From: the human T2T-CHM13v2.0 reference genome, Homo sapiens
Reading direction: 5' to 3' (one strand)
NCBI RefSeq assembly: GCF_009914755.1
Contig: NC_060928.1
Length of the DNA: 64,000 nucleotides
Of this stretch, positions 26,789 through 41,767 are shown one piece after another. The position numbers and the translations under genes are program-made. The notes beneath the pieces were generated by a model. That model was not told the DNA's origin and ran no database searches. It was given only the letters and a program-made list of their open reading frames with translations. Positions within the stretch are counted from its first letter, which is position 1; the number at the start of each line of letters is the position of its first letter.

Positions 26789-29722
26789 TAAATAAAGTTG
26801 ACACATAATTTTATATATCAACATTTAACATATATTTTTTAAATCTTTGTATTCAGAATATGAGTATGCTCTAAATCTTATTTATTTTACCTTTGCATTC
26901 AAAATGTGGGTATGCACTAAATGTTATTCCTATTTTGGTCTCTATAATATTTGTCTACATTGCCTTGTGTATATTAAAATTTGAAAAGGATATATTTGGC
27001 ATCTAATATGTTTTGAGTACTATTTTTTAAGTGTTATTTTATCCTATCAGCAAACAACACCAATCAAACAAATTAAAAATAACCAGACTCAGAAATTAAG
27101 TAACTTGACTAAACTTATTTAGCTAAGAAATTGCAGAGAAATAATCTAATTCACTGAATGACAAACTTGTCACATAAGCCAGTTTGCTGAAAGACAATAT
27201 GTGGAAATTAGATTAGCTAAATTATTAAGGATTAAAAAATACTTCCTCCACCTTCGTGATGTTTCTTTTGCTTTGTATTTGTTAGTTCAGCTCAGTTGCT
27301 TATTATCTTTGGGTATTTACATTGTTCTGGTGTTTAGTATTTTTTTTGAAAATATGTGTCTTTTCTGTCAAAGCAGTGTATAATATTGTCTCTTTTGCCC
27401 TCCTATACCCTACTCTTCCTGCCAGCTTCCTGATTTTGCCTTCAAATCAGTTCCTGCATCAGTCTGTGGAAGACCTAGGATTTTATAGGAGTTCAAAAAT
27501 TATTTTGTTCTTTCCATTATACCATGCGCTTTACTGGTTATATGCTCAAAAGTTTTGATGAATTGAAACCCCTGCTACCCTCTTGCTGGGAAATATAACG
27601 TCCTCTTTATCCATATTAGATAATGGTCCTTTAAGAACTTGTTAATTTTTTAATGACCAAAATTGTCTTTAACTTTTTAATGACCAAAATTGTCTTCTAT
27701 ATTTTGGTCCTATTTTGGTGGCCAGTATAAGTATCAAAATTGCATGATTGAAACTGTTTCATTAGGGAACTTCACTTGTAATCTTCATAAATAAGGAGAC
27801 TTAATAAGCTTATTATCTAAATTTTCATATGGAAGTTTGGTGAACACACCTAACTTTGCATTTTGGGGAGTCAAGCATTAGGCTACTCTTTATCATCCCT
27901 TGATCTCTTTCTGCATCCCTGTCCTTCCCAAATAATGGTAACTTTTTTTTGCTGGATGGGCTCTAACTTCAAACTCAAGTCCATAGAAGTTATTGGGCCA
28001 ATCTTAATAACGAAAAATCAGGAAGAAGATTGTTACTTTCCACCAAACCAGTTATGAACTCCCAACAAATTGTCCTGGCAATCACCTCTTAGACTTAGAG
28101 GGCATCAGGAATGAATTTTGAGTGCCCATATGGCTTCTGAGCTATAGTCTAGCTTTCCTCTAAGCCTTGCCCCCAATTTCAACCCAGTTTACATGCCTAG
28201 AATCTATTCTGACCACTATTTAATTGATTACCTTTTGTGTTGCATCCAAACAAATCTCTTGGTATATATTTATCTTTCATTAACAGAGACACAGTGTACT
28301 CCTTTTTAGCTCAATTTCCCTCTCTCTCTCTCTCATTAACCCCTAAAGAAAGGGGCAGAATAAGAGCAAAGTACCGAAGTCACCATAAAAACTTCTTAGG
28401 GAAACCACTTTGCTTCTATTTTCCATGTATATTAATACCTCCAAAATGATTTATTACTGATCAAAGTTGTATACGGTAGGACAAGAAAAAGCAACACAAA
28501 ACCGAGTCCCCAGTTACAACCAAGTTATACTTTTATAAAAAGACACAGTGTGTAAACTGTTAATTATTTAGCCCAGAGTAGTTAACACATGCTTACTAAA
28601 AATATGACTTTTCTGGTTGACATTTAAATTTGTCAAGGTAAGCTACGAATAGCAGGATTTCTGCAAACTAGGCCACAATCTTACATGGTTATTTCCTTTG
28701 AGTGGAGAAGCCGAAAATATATTAAGCTCTTCAATTTAAAGTGGTTGATATTATACCCTTGTTTTTTCCAAGGCATTCTCTTTCCTTCTTTTTTATTCCT
28801 GTTTTCTTTTCTCATTCCCTGGTGAATACTCAAAGCAATAAGCAGACACTAATAGATTACTCTGAGATGACTGTTTTATATTTGCCTTCCTGAAATTATA
28901 AATATTAATACTGTTTTAAATAAAAATAACTTTTGGTTGTATTCATTTGAAGAGTTTTTTTTTTCTGTAGTGGCTCAGGATTTTAAAAGTGGTTCGAAAA
29001 CAGTATACCAAAAAATCCACCTAAACATTCTTGTTGCTGTTTAAGGAACGCAGAGCTCATGTATTATAATTCTATTCTATTTTATTGGAATTAATTCAGA
29101 AAATATGGTCGACCAGGTGGGATCAAAGGGTTTTGCTACTTCTGAAGATTTTAGCATATAAATGCACCACAACAGATGGTTAAAGGATCGTTTACAGGTG
29201 TGACAGCTTCTGTACCCCGTTGCCCTAAATCAATTTAATAGTGTGTTGAGTTGGCTGCCTTGGCAGACATTTAGCTGTTTAAAAAATATCTACACAGTAT
29301 ATAGTCAATGAGAATCTTATTATAATTGCAATGAATTCAATAGTTTTGTCCAATGAGGAGTCAGGAAGATGAAGTTCTCTTCCCCAAGGGAGAGTCAAGA
29401 TCATAGATGCTGATCTTTCTGGTGGCGATTTACACTCAAAAATCCTTGAATTATTACAATTAACTTTATTTTTCTTTTCTACTATTTCTCTGTCTTTACC
29501 TTTCCTCATTTTTGAACTTTACTCTTAGTTATAAAAAATTTAAATATTATCTTTTTTAGTGGTAAAATATATTAATAAAGGAAGATAGAGGAATCTAAAT
29601 GGTCCCAAATGAAAATATGTGAATAAAGTACCATAAATTCCACAACCACTTCTGCAGATGTATCATGTGTTAAACTTTGAAACTGCATGCAGGTTTATAA
29701 GTTCACCACATTGATTGGGTAA

Positions 29723-30226
29723 TGTATTGGCTTTCTATTGCTGCCATAACAAATTACTACAAACCGTGATTTATAACAATACAAATCTATTATTTTACAG
29801 TTCTGGAGGTTAGAAGTGTGAAATTAGTCTCAGTGGGCTAAAATTGAGGTGTCAGCAGGGCTGCTTTTCTTCCTGGAGTCTCTAGGGGATAATTCATTTC
29901 CTTGCCTTGTCCAACTTCTAGGGGTCACTTGCATGCCTTGGCTCATGGCCTCCTTCCATCTCCAAATCCTGCAATGGAAGGCCTGGTCTTTCTTGCATTG
30001 TGTCTCTCTAGTACTCTCCTTCTTTTGAATTCCTCTTTCACTTACAAGAACCCTTACAATTACAGTGGGGCCATCTGATTAACCCAGGATAATTGCCCCA
30101 TCTCAAACTCAGCTCATTAGTAGCTTTAATTCTAACTGCAATCTTAATTTCATTTGACATATAACCTAGCATATTCACAGGTTTTGGGAATTAGGACATG
30201 GGGGACCATTTATTCTACCCACCACA
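29723..30226 (-). mobile_element. MLT1D-like MaLR solo LTR
   Basis: tgtattggctttctattgctgccataacaaattac...ctacccaccaca; 504 bp with TG...CA ends. Confidence 0.85.
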
Positions 30227-30289
30227 GATGATTGTAACATAATAAAAGAAAAGGAAATAAGAAGATGGAAAAGTAAAAAAGGACAATCA

Positions 30290-30650
30290 GGAAAGCAGGT
30301 TGCTAGTCCCATCTCTGCAGCTAGCTAGCAAGGTGAACTCAGAAGAGCTATTCACTTTCTCTGCCTCACAGTTAATCATTTTAATAAATAAATAATAACA
30401 ACTAACATTCTCTGGGAGCCTTTAGCCATTTGTTCATAAATACACACACGCTCTCTCTCTCTCACCCACACACACATGTACTATAATCTTATTTAATCCT
30501 CAAAATCCTCTACTTCTCAGATAATTAAACTGAGACACAGAGAGTTTTTGCAACATTTCCTGATCAGTCAGCAGTAAATAAAAGAGGCATAATTTAAACC
30601 ATGAAGTGTTGTCTAAAAGCCCAGCATCTTTTATTATTAGGTTATACTGC
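30290..30650. mobile_element. Two MIR fragments in opposite orientation
   Basis: Plus-strand core at ~30300-30385; minus-strand ttatttaatcctcaaa...cagataattaaactgagacacagagag. Confidence 0.6.
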
Positions 30651-30689
30651 CCTTGTTAAGATAGGATATTAATAATGTATCTTTTCATT

Positions 30690-32340
30690 TATCTATTAAT
30701 TAGTAATATCTATCAATAAATATTAATTGGGCACCTGCTGTAAACCAGTAACTCTGGTGAGCATTGGAAATGCGATGGTGAACAAGCAAAACATAGTTTC
30801 TATCTCTGTGAGTTGAAACACAGACAAGATGGAATATAAACATTTGTTCCTGTAGTCTACTCTTACATAACAAACCAGCCCAAAACTTAATAGCTTAAAA
30901 CAATTATTTAATTACCTCGCATGAATCTGTAGGTTTACAGGTATCAGCTGGGCAGTTTTGCCATGTGTAAATTCAGCTGGGCTTCAGGTTGCAGGCTGTA
31001 AGCTGGAAGCTTGCCATGTGACCTGGGTTTCGAATTGCATGATGACTGCATTCTAAGGAGTGTCCCAGGGATGAACAAATGTTCTAAGACAGAAAACACA
31101 TGCTGCCAGTCTTTTTAAAGACTAGGCCAGGGGCTTAGGTAAGGTCATTTCTGCTGCATTCTATTGGCTAAGCCTCCTTAGAGTGAGTTCATATGCAAGA
31201 GGAGAAGAAATATATTTCAATCTTAATAGAGCTGTGACCAAGAAGCTGTAGCCAACTTTATTCTGCCACAGCCGGAATACGGAAAGCAGATGGGAGACCT
31301 TTATGAGATGAAGCTGGGAGAGGAAATCAGTGGCTAAATCTAGCAAGGCCTCATAGCAATTTTAGAATCTAAAATGACAACAATAGAAAGACTTTGGGTA
31401 GTTTTAAGCAGCATATTTAAGCATAGTTCAGAAATAATTTATAGATAAGATCACTTTGGAGAAAAGAGTGAAATCCCAGGATAGAAACAATGGTGACTTA
31501 GACTAGAAAGGTAGGTAGGGATGAAGGGAAGTCATATGTGAATATTGTTCAGAAGGCATATTTGAGAAGCCATGGTGACTGCTGCATGTAGAAGGTGAGG
31601 TAGCAGAAAGCAAGGATCTTCCTTCTGTCTTGATAAGTTAGAGAGTTATTTATTGAATTAATTCTCAATGGAAGAGAGGAAGGAAGGTCTGAAGGGAAAA
31701 TGGTGAGTTCCGTTTTAGAGCTATTTATTGAACTTAAGAGGCTCATAAAACATCCAATAAAAGTTGTCTAGAAGGCAATCAAATGTATGGTCTGGGATTC
31801 AGGAGTAAGATCTGGGTTGGAGATGGAGAACTGCATTGCATAACTGAAACTATGATTGCGGATGAGAGTACCTAAAGTGAAAATGTGGTTTAGAAAGAAT
31901 AGTATGCTTAGGACAGAATTCTGAGGAAACCAACAGCTGATGGTCAACAGAGTAGGTGAAAATCAAAGGTAACTGAGAAAGAGCATCCAGGAAAGTAGGA
32001 AAACAATGCTTAAAGAGTGTGGTGTCGTGGAAGGCAAGAAAAAGCGGTTTCCAGTAGGTTATGAGGATCTCTGTGGAATGCTGCTGAGAGGTCAGTTTGT
32101 TAGCTAGAGAAACAAAAGTCCTCGGAGACCTTGGCAGATGAATTTGGTAGAGTGAATTTGGTAGGCCTGTTGCAGTGAGCTAATGAATGATGGAAAGTGA
32201 GCAAATGGGGATCAGGTGTGGGCCATGGACTTATCTGGAGATGTTTGGCTGCAGAGAGGAGAGAAGGAGTAGAGAATGAGGTGTTCAGCAAGGTTGTTCT
32301 ATCTTTTGAGAGACTCGAACAAGAGAAGGAATCAGTTAAA
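30690..32340 (-). mobile_element. L2 LINE, interrupted by the MLT1 at 30851-31270
   Basis: tattaattgggcacctgctg...; gagtgtggtgtcgtggaaggcaag; aatgctgctgagaggtcag. Confidence 0.75.
30851..31270 (-). mobile_element. MaLR LTR (MLT1H-like)
   Basis: cataacaaaccagcccaaaacttaatagcttaaaacaa...catttctgctgcattctattgg...tgccaca. Confidence 0.75.
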
Positions 32341-32353
32341 AAATAAAGGAAAT

Positions 32354-32650
32354 GGCCAGTTGCAGTGGCTCATGCCTGTAATCCCAGAACTTTGAAGTTG
32401 GCGGATTGCTTGAGGCCAGGAGTTCGAGATGAGTCTGGGCAGCAGAGTGAGACTCTGTCTCTACAAAAATATTTAACAATTAGCTGAGTGTGGTGGTGTG
32501 TGCCTGTAGGTTCAGCTACTCGAGTAGGCTCAGCTATTTGAGAGACGTAGGCAGAAGGATCACTTGAGCCCAGGATTTCGAGGTTACAGTGAGCTGTGAT
32601 TGTGTCACTGCACTCAAACCTGAGCAATTTAAAAAAAGAAAAAAAGGAAG
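32354..32650 (+). mobile_element. Alu (AluJ-like) with internal duplication
   Basis: Dimer; TSD core aaaggaaat on both sides; gtaggttcagctactcga/gtaggctcagctatttga duplicated. Confidence 0.93.
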
Positions 32651-32712
32651 AAAGGAAATTTTGAGAATCTAGGAAAAAAAGGATGCTAGCTTTGTGTTAA
32701 AAAAAAATGTTG

Positions 32713-32982
32713 GGCTGGGCACGGTGGCTCATGCCAGTAATCCCAGCACTTTGGGAGGCTGAGGCAGGCGGATCATGAGGTCAGGAGTTTGAGACCAGCC
32801 TGGCCAATATGGTGAAACCTCGTCTCTACTAAATATACAAAAATTAACCAGGCGTAGTGGTGCATGCCTGTAGTCCCAGCTACTCAGGAGGCTGAGGTTA
32901 CAGTGAGCTGAGATCACACCACTGCACTCCAGCCTGGGTGACAGAGTGAGACTCCATCTCAAAAAAAAAAAAAAAAAAAAAA
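32713..32982 (+). mobile_element. Alu (AluSg/Sc-like) with ~32-bp right-arm deletion
   Basis: ggatcatgaggtcaggag; ggaggctgagg joined directly to ttacagtgagc; long pure poly(A). Confidence 0.95.
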
Positions 32983-33469
32983 GTTAAAAAACTTTGAATC
33001 TTTAATGTGGGAGGGATATGAAAAGCAAAATTGCTAAACACTGTAAGGAGTTTCTGCTAACATTTTTGTTATTAAAGACCTATCATCCTGCTGCTGTTAT
33101 TGACAATTTTCTAGTTAACATTAAACATTTTGCCTGTATGTTAAAATTTAAAAATATGACCATGTCTGTGACGTGGCATGTATGTGAGTGGTTAGTTTAT
33201 TGTTGTTGTTTGTTTGTTTTTTCTTGGAACTTTTGAATTAAGAAATGGCATAGTTTATTTGTCCTTGGGAATTTTTTGCACTGTCACTTGTAAGAATAGA
33301 GACTATGGAATCAGAAATTTTTAACATTAGGAGCAGTTTTTTTGAATTCTTCTTGACATGGCTGAGTAACAAGTTTCTGGATTTCTTTGAAATTTTAGGA
33401 CTGAAATTGAAACAATCTCAACTCTTGAATTTTTTATGTAATGCATTTAAAGGAACTCTTTGTATGAAA

Positions 33470-33725
33470 AGTTGAAGTGTTGAAAGGAGAGATGATCAAA
33501 GTTTATAAGGTTTGGAAGATAATAAACAAGAACTTATCCAACAAATTTTATAATGCTATAATTAGAGGACACACACTGAATGACAAGAAAGAGAGATTTA
33601 GGGCAATCAAATGAAATGTTCCTTTAAATAGTCGATTTTAAATTTATGAAATATTAACTAAAGAGGTGGGGCATAGAAAAATACAAACAGATCCAAGGGG
33701 ATTCATAAACGAGACAGGTCTTTAA
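33470..33725 (+). mobile_element. Possible CR1/L3 LINE 3' fragment
   Basis: ggagagatgatcaaagtttataag and attagaggacacacactgaa resemble CR1 3' motifs. Confidence 0.4.
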
Positions 33726-33929
33726 TAGTATTTGAGTTATTCAAGGTTATACTGAATGTTTGGAAAATGACTTCATTTGTTTTCATAAAATTGTCTTACA
33801 TGACACAGATAACAAGTTACATATGCCCAAGGGAATCTTGGTGTTTCTAGTATGGGACTGGTGCTTTATGTTTTCATGTTCTAGAAGTTAATAGTATCAA
33901 ATATTATTGAAATAAGTAAGCTCACTGTC

Positions 33930-34100
33930 TAAATTAGAATATTAGTTCTGTGGCTTACCTAAATGTGTGTCCTTGAGCAAATTATTTAATTTTGTCGTCT
34001 CAGTTTTCTTATAGTGAAAAATAATAGTACATACCTCAAAATATTTTAATGAAAAATATGTGTATTAACATACATAAAGAATTTGTCTTTATTGTTGCTG
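33930..34100 (+). mobile_element. MIR
   Basis: tgtgtgtccttgagcaaattatttaattttgtcgtctcagttttcttatagtgaaaa. Confidence 0.7.
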
Positions 34101-34959
34101 TTATACCAAGATACTGTATTATTAGTTCTGTTGCAATGACATTTTAAATATTTAAAGCAGTTTCAAACTGAGCTGCATACTTGTATATAAATAACTAAGG
34201 AAAGGTAGTATACTCCAAAAAATTCCTTTTCTAAAAATATAATTTATTTGTATTGGTTTCTTAATCTAGTAGATCCTACTTATTATTTATTTAATTTAAT
34301 TTTATTCCATCTGAGTAAATTATTCAACTTTAAATTCAGGGAATGCTTTTTTTCTTAGGATATAAGTTATCTTTTCTTGATGATGATTTATGAAAAAATA
34401 GAAAGAATTTAAAAACCAAGAAAGGAAGGAAATTGTCTGGAAGTCACATAAATAGACCTTTTCTCTTTTTGAATTTAGCAAATGGTATGGGCATGGGTTG
34501 GAGAGAATTAGAAAAGTAAAAGTGTTCCATGTGAAACCCACCTACCATGTACATGCATAAACACACATGCATACATAGAAATTATGTGTTATGTATACTT
34601 ACACACACATACAAGTACACACATATAATATAGGCTATAGCTTAGTGCAGATAGTGGTAGTATGGGAGGTTCAATTGGGACAGTTGTTTTTTATACTCTC
34701 CTCACCCCTCCTTTAATTAATAACTCTCATGCTATTTGATGCCACATGGAAAAGAAGATGAAAAAAATTGTGGAAGACATGGAAAATCATTTTTAGAACC
34801 AAGAAAGGTCAAAATTAGGTGTCCTTCTTGGAGGAAAGAGAAAGATGAAACCCGAAAACACTGGAATGACCTACCTATGGTCTAGGTAGATAGAAATTAT
34901 CATAGTTGTTAATAAAGTCCTGTGTTTTCTTGCTCCCCAAAACGGTTCTGAGAAATAAT

Positions 34960-35130
34960 CATTTAATTTGAGTGTTAGAGCTTAATAAAACTAAGAAATT
35001 GTCTAGTAACATTTGCTCATTTTATAAATTAGTAAACGTACCTCTGAAAGCTTAGGTAGGTAACTTGGCCAAGATCTCAAAGGGAACTAAGAGATGAAGT
35101 AATAGCAGAGTTCTAGACTCTTGACTGGCC
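34960..35130 (-). mobile_element. MIR
   Basis: ctcattttataaat...aggtaacttggccaagatctca. Confidence 0.55.
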
Positions 35131-36655
35131 TGAACTGTTCATCATCATCACCACTGCAGCTTCCTAAGAGGCATGACATGAGCTTTCAACTGATATCTTT
35201 TCTTTTCTTAATAGTAGATTATACAAGCCTAGGTGTTTCATCATTTAACAAATATATTATCCTTTAGATGTTAAATCAAGAATTATTTGAAATTTCATTT
35301 TTGGAAGACAGTTATGGACTCCTTAACTATTTTGAAATATAAATTTAAATGTGTCTGTTAAATTTTACTTATTTTAAAATGATTTTTATTCGGTATCTAC
35401 AGCCTTTATCTGTTTAGGTATCTTTTTTACTAAGACAGAGACTGAATGATATACTTTTGAGCTTTCTTTTATGCTCATATATAAGTACCTTGAAAAGTGG
35501 GCCCATCAGTCTTTTTATAAATAAACTCGGATTTTTCTATCTTTAATAATTCATAACTGCCTTCTATTAATATCTGACTTTTTCCATTAAAAGTGACTTC
35601 TTAAGAGGCTCTATTTAAAGTGATTTTGAGAAGATTCCCTTTGTAAGTATAAACTGTTTTCATAATTAATTCAAATGATGCTCCTCAAATTTGTATAACT
35701 TTTAATTTCATATGTGATATTCAGTTTTTTGAATGAGGGTTGGAGCTTTATGTGGCAGAGGAGACTTCAAGTGCTTCCATTCTTCCACTGCCTTGTGCCT
35801 TTCCAGAAAGTTGGTGTGTGTTCCGTGTAATGACACCTGGAAGTCCTGGCACTCTAAAAGGCAGTAGGCCATTCACTTCAAGGTATTGGCTCATGCTGAG
35901 AGCATACCACCTGGCAGCCTCCACAGCTTGTGCTTTCAGGTTTCCTTTTGGCAGAGAACTCAAAGTGTTCAATTTGTGGTAGAAATTGTTGAATAGTTAA
36001 AATGTGTCAGAGGTTGAGTCGTATTTTCCTTGATTATTAAAATAACTTAAATATCACCAAACAAATTATATTTATGAGCAAACAGCTCATTATTTTATTC
36101 ACATATTTAAGACTTTAAATCTTTTCTGACCACTATTCTAGACCATTTTCTGTGCTCCCAGTTGATGGAAAAGTGAAATATACAGTCTTTAACTCCAACT
36201 CATACTCTGGCTGGAAAAAACACACAAGCGAACTGATTGTAAGACTATGACACCTTGTGTGCACCCTTATGGTGAAGGATTACACAAAGTATTACGGCAG
36301 TGCTGGGAACATTGGGCCCAGATTGGATGTCAGGAAGACGTTCAGAAGAGAAGCGAAGCATTGAGGTTAATCTTGGAGAGGGAGGAGGAGGCCGTCTGTA
36401 GTGTAGTGAGAAGTTGAATGTGTGGGGAATAGAAAGACTCTCAATTCAGTTGCTGGGTTAAAAAAATATTGTACATTATTGGAACTACAATTTGTTTTTT
36501 TTTTTGCATTGTACATTTTTAATGAGCTGTTTATTTCTATGAGTTTGTTTAAATCTTTCAATATTAAGCAAAGTTCAGAAAAGGAAATATTTGATTCATT
36601 TGGATGATAACTAACCATATTAGAATATAGATTATTACTGGTTCATACTAGTAGC

Positions 36656-37483
36656 GTATTAAGAGAAGAAAAAACTCATGCACAATTAAAGCACTTTTTC
36701 TGTTTTTTTACTCAACAACAATCAACTCGGAAGTCTTCTATGACCCTATATATGTGGGGTTTCCCTACACACCAAGCAAGTAGTAATTTCTGTAGCAGAC
36801 ACCAGGTAGGTGTCCTCCAATTTAATTCTGACACAGTCTACCCTGAGATAGCATCAGATCCCAGTGGTTGAAGGCTCAGTCCCCAAGAATGTTCCCCTCC
36901 CTGCTGCTGCCTTCAGATGCTAACCACAAGCCACAGGTTGTTTTAGCTGTGCTTTGGAGGCTATAAATCAGGGTTCCCATGATACTCTTTTTGGGTTTGA
37001 TTAATTTGCTTAAGCAGGTCACAGAACTCAGGGAAACACTTACATTTACAGGTTTATTATAAAGGATATTACACAAGATAAATATGAAGAGACACATAGG
37101 GTGAGGTATGGGAGGCTGCTCCACCCTCCAGAAACCTCCACATATTCCACTATCTAGAAGTTCTCCAAACTCTGTCCTTTTGAATTTTTATGGAGGATTC
37201 ATCACATTGGCATGATTGGTTAAACCACTGGTCATTGGTGATCGACTTAGTCTTCAGCCTCTCTGCCCTCCCTGGAGGTTGTGGGTGGAGTTAAAAGCAA
37301 CAACCCTCTACAGGCCTTGTTTTTTCAGGCAATTAGCCTCTGTCCTGAAGCTACCTTGGGTTGCCAGCTATCTGTCAACTCATTTGCCTATAGAAAGACA
37401 TCACTTTGAAGTTTCTAAGGATTTTTAGGAGTTGTTTGTCAAGAAACAGGGTTGAAGACCAAATGTATATTTCACAGTATCGT
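36656..37483 (-). mobile_element. MER21-family LTR
   Basis: gtgtcctccaatttaattctgacac...gatagcatcagatccc...ggctcagtccccaaga; right end is the reverse complement of tgtgatattgtgaaatatatatttggtcttc. Confidence 0.85.
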
Positions 37484-38534
37484 ACTTTCTGTGCTTTATT
37501 CCTGCAAAGAATGCCTTTTAGAACTGGAAAAAAGGACTTTCGGAAAATGTATTTTTTCTACATTTTTCTGCAAAGTAAACACGCATAGATTAAGAAAAAT
37601 TCAATAAACTCTGATAACATTGTAGATCAACCAGCTGTGAGTTGTTTGTTTTTTAAAATAGCTTTTTGTTATTTTCAATATATTTAGATTATCTTGGATT
37701 TCAAAGCAACCCTATGAAGTAGGTAATGTTATTTGCAAATAAGGAATCAGCATGGTAAAGGGAAGGCAAATGACTGACCACAATCAAATAGCAGGACTTC
37801 TCGTTTCCAGACTGGTCTGTAAGGACCTTAGAATTTGCCACTCCATTAAACTAAGTAAAAATCTGAACAGACAAAAATCAACACCTTTTCTTGATCTAAC
37901 ACAGATGCGAAGTCACAGGGCAATTTGCCACCCCTAAAACTGGAGAGACACACAGGCAGATACATCAGAGAATCCCAACCAACTGGAGCAGAAACTCCTA
38001 AGGAGAAACCTCCACAGGAAGAAGTAGGAAAACCTGGACTGTAATTGAAAAATTGTTGCAGGCTCAGTGTGGATAAATCTTTGAGTTAAAAACTCCAGGG
38101 AGACCCAGTCATTGCTCACTCCCTTCATCACTTTAATGTGTTTCACCTTCTAGAGTTCTACCAGATTCTCACAGTGAATATCAGAGAAAAATCCTCTTGT
38201 GCTTCTGGCAGGGAGAGGGGAAAATGGCTATTTAAAAATACGCCAGAGCATTCTGTTCATCTTAACCAAAGCCTGCCCTTAAGAGAAACTACTTCACCAA
38301 AGCCTGATCTTTTGGGGGTTTCTCAGAGCCCAGCTGACCTAGAGAAGGGGAAATACTCAACACTGGCCTCTGCCAAACATTCTGTCTCATTTAAGATCAG
38401 GGAAAATAATGGAAAGGCACATGTGAAGTTCATGGCTAATGGGAACAGGCTCACTAAAAGATGGAGATCTAAGCATAGGGTTATAGAACACTTTCCTTTT
38501 CCCCACATCTTACCACCATATCACAGAAAGTCTG

Positions 38535-38863
38535 TAGTAAACCCATCATATCCAAGGGTTCCACATCCATGGATTCAACCAACTACAGATCAAAAACCTT
38601 TTGACAAATAAAAAAGAGAGAAACCAACAATACAACAATAAAAATGATACAAATAAAAATATACTATAAGAAATATTTACATAGCATTTTTATTATATTA
38701 GTTATTATAAGTAACCTAGAGATTATTTAAAGTATATAGGAGGATGTGTACAGATTATTTGCAAATGTTACACCATTTTATATAATGCACTAGAGCATCC
38801 ACATATTTTGGTATCTCCTTGGGGTCCTGGAGTCAACTCCCTGCAGGCACCAATGGAGAACTA
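38535..38863. mobile_element. Tigger3a-like (MER7 group) DNA transposon
   Basis: gggttccacatccatggattcaaccaac...tatttacatagcatt...ttttggtatc...ggggtcctgga; TA at right end. Confidence 0.8.
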
Positions 38864-39934
38864 TATTTACGGTGGTTCCTTTTACCCAGTACATCATGTC
38901 CAGAAAAATACGAGGGATACTAAAGGCAGAAAACAGCTGAAACAGACAGAACAAGCATCAGAACCAGAGTCAGATATGGAAAGAATGTTGGAATTATTGG
39001 ATGATGAATTTAAAACATCAATGATTAATATGCTAAGGGCTTCAATGGCAAAAGTAAACAGTATGCAGTTATAGATGTATAACGTAAGCATAGATAGAAA
39101 TTCTAAGAAAGAATAAAAAAGAAATACTAGAGGTCAAAAACACTGTAAGAGAAATAAAGAATACCTTGAAAGGCTTGTTAATAGACTGGAATGACTGAGG
39201 AAAGAATATCTGAACTTAAGGTTATGTCAACAGACACTTTCAAAACTAAAAAACAGAGAGAAAAAAAGATTGGAAAAGTAAAACAGAATAGCCAAGAACT
39301 ATGGGACAACTACAAACAGTGTAACATACATACACATAATGGGAATATCACAAGGAAAATAAAGAAAAGAACAGAACTAATAATGACTGAGAATTTCAAC
39401 AGTTAGTGTCAGACATTAGACTACACATCCAGATATCTCAAAGAACACCACACAAAATAAATGCCATAAAACCCCATACCTATCTACATATTTAAACTGC
39501 AGATAATCAGAGATAAGTAAAAGATATGTAAATAAACATACATGGGAAAAATATCTCACCTATAGAAGAGTAAATAAAAGAATTATATCTGACTTACCCT
39601 CAGAAACCATGTAAACAAGAGGAGAGTGGAGTAAAATAGTTGAAGTGTTGAGAGAAACAAAACCACTAGTGTAGATTTATGTATTCTGCCAAATTATCAT
39701 TTAGTAGTGAAGAGGAAATACATATTTTCCCAGACAAACAAAACCTGAGGGAATTTTTTGCCGGTAGACCTACCTTGCAAGAAATGCTAAAGAAGTTCCT
39801 CATCAAGAAAGAAAATTATATAGGTCAGATATGCAGATTTACATAAAGAAAGGAATTCCATTGCAGAAGGAATAATGAAGATAAATAAAATATTTTATTT
39901 TTTTTCCAATTTGGATACCTTTTATTTCTTTTTT

Positions 39935-41767
<1,833 letters not shown>

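Noticed and set aside
35769-35780. aagtgcttccat, matching the 5' end of miR-302-family miRNAs
   Set aside because: No convincing pre-miRNA hairpin around it and no cluster; a 12-mer match is plausible by chance.
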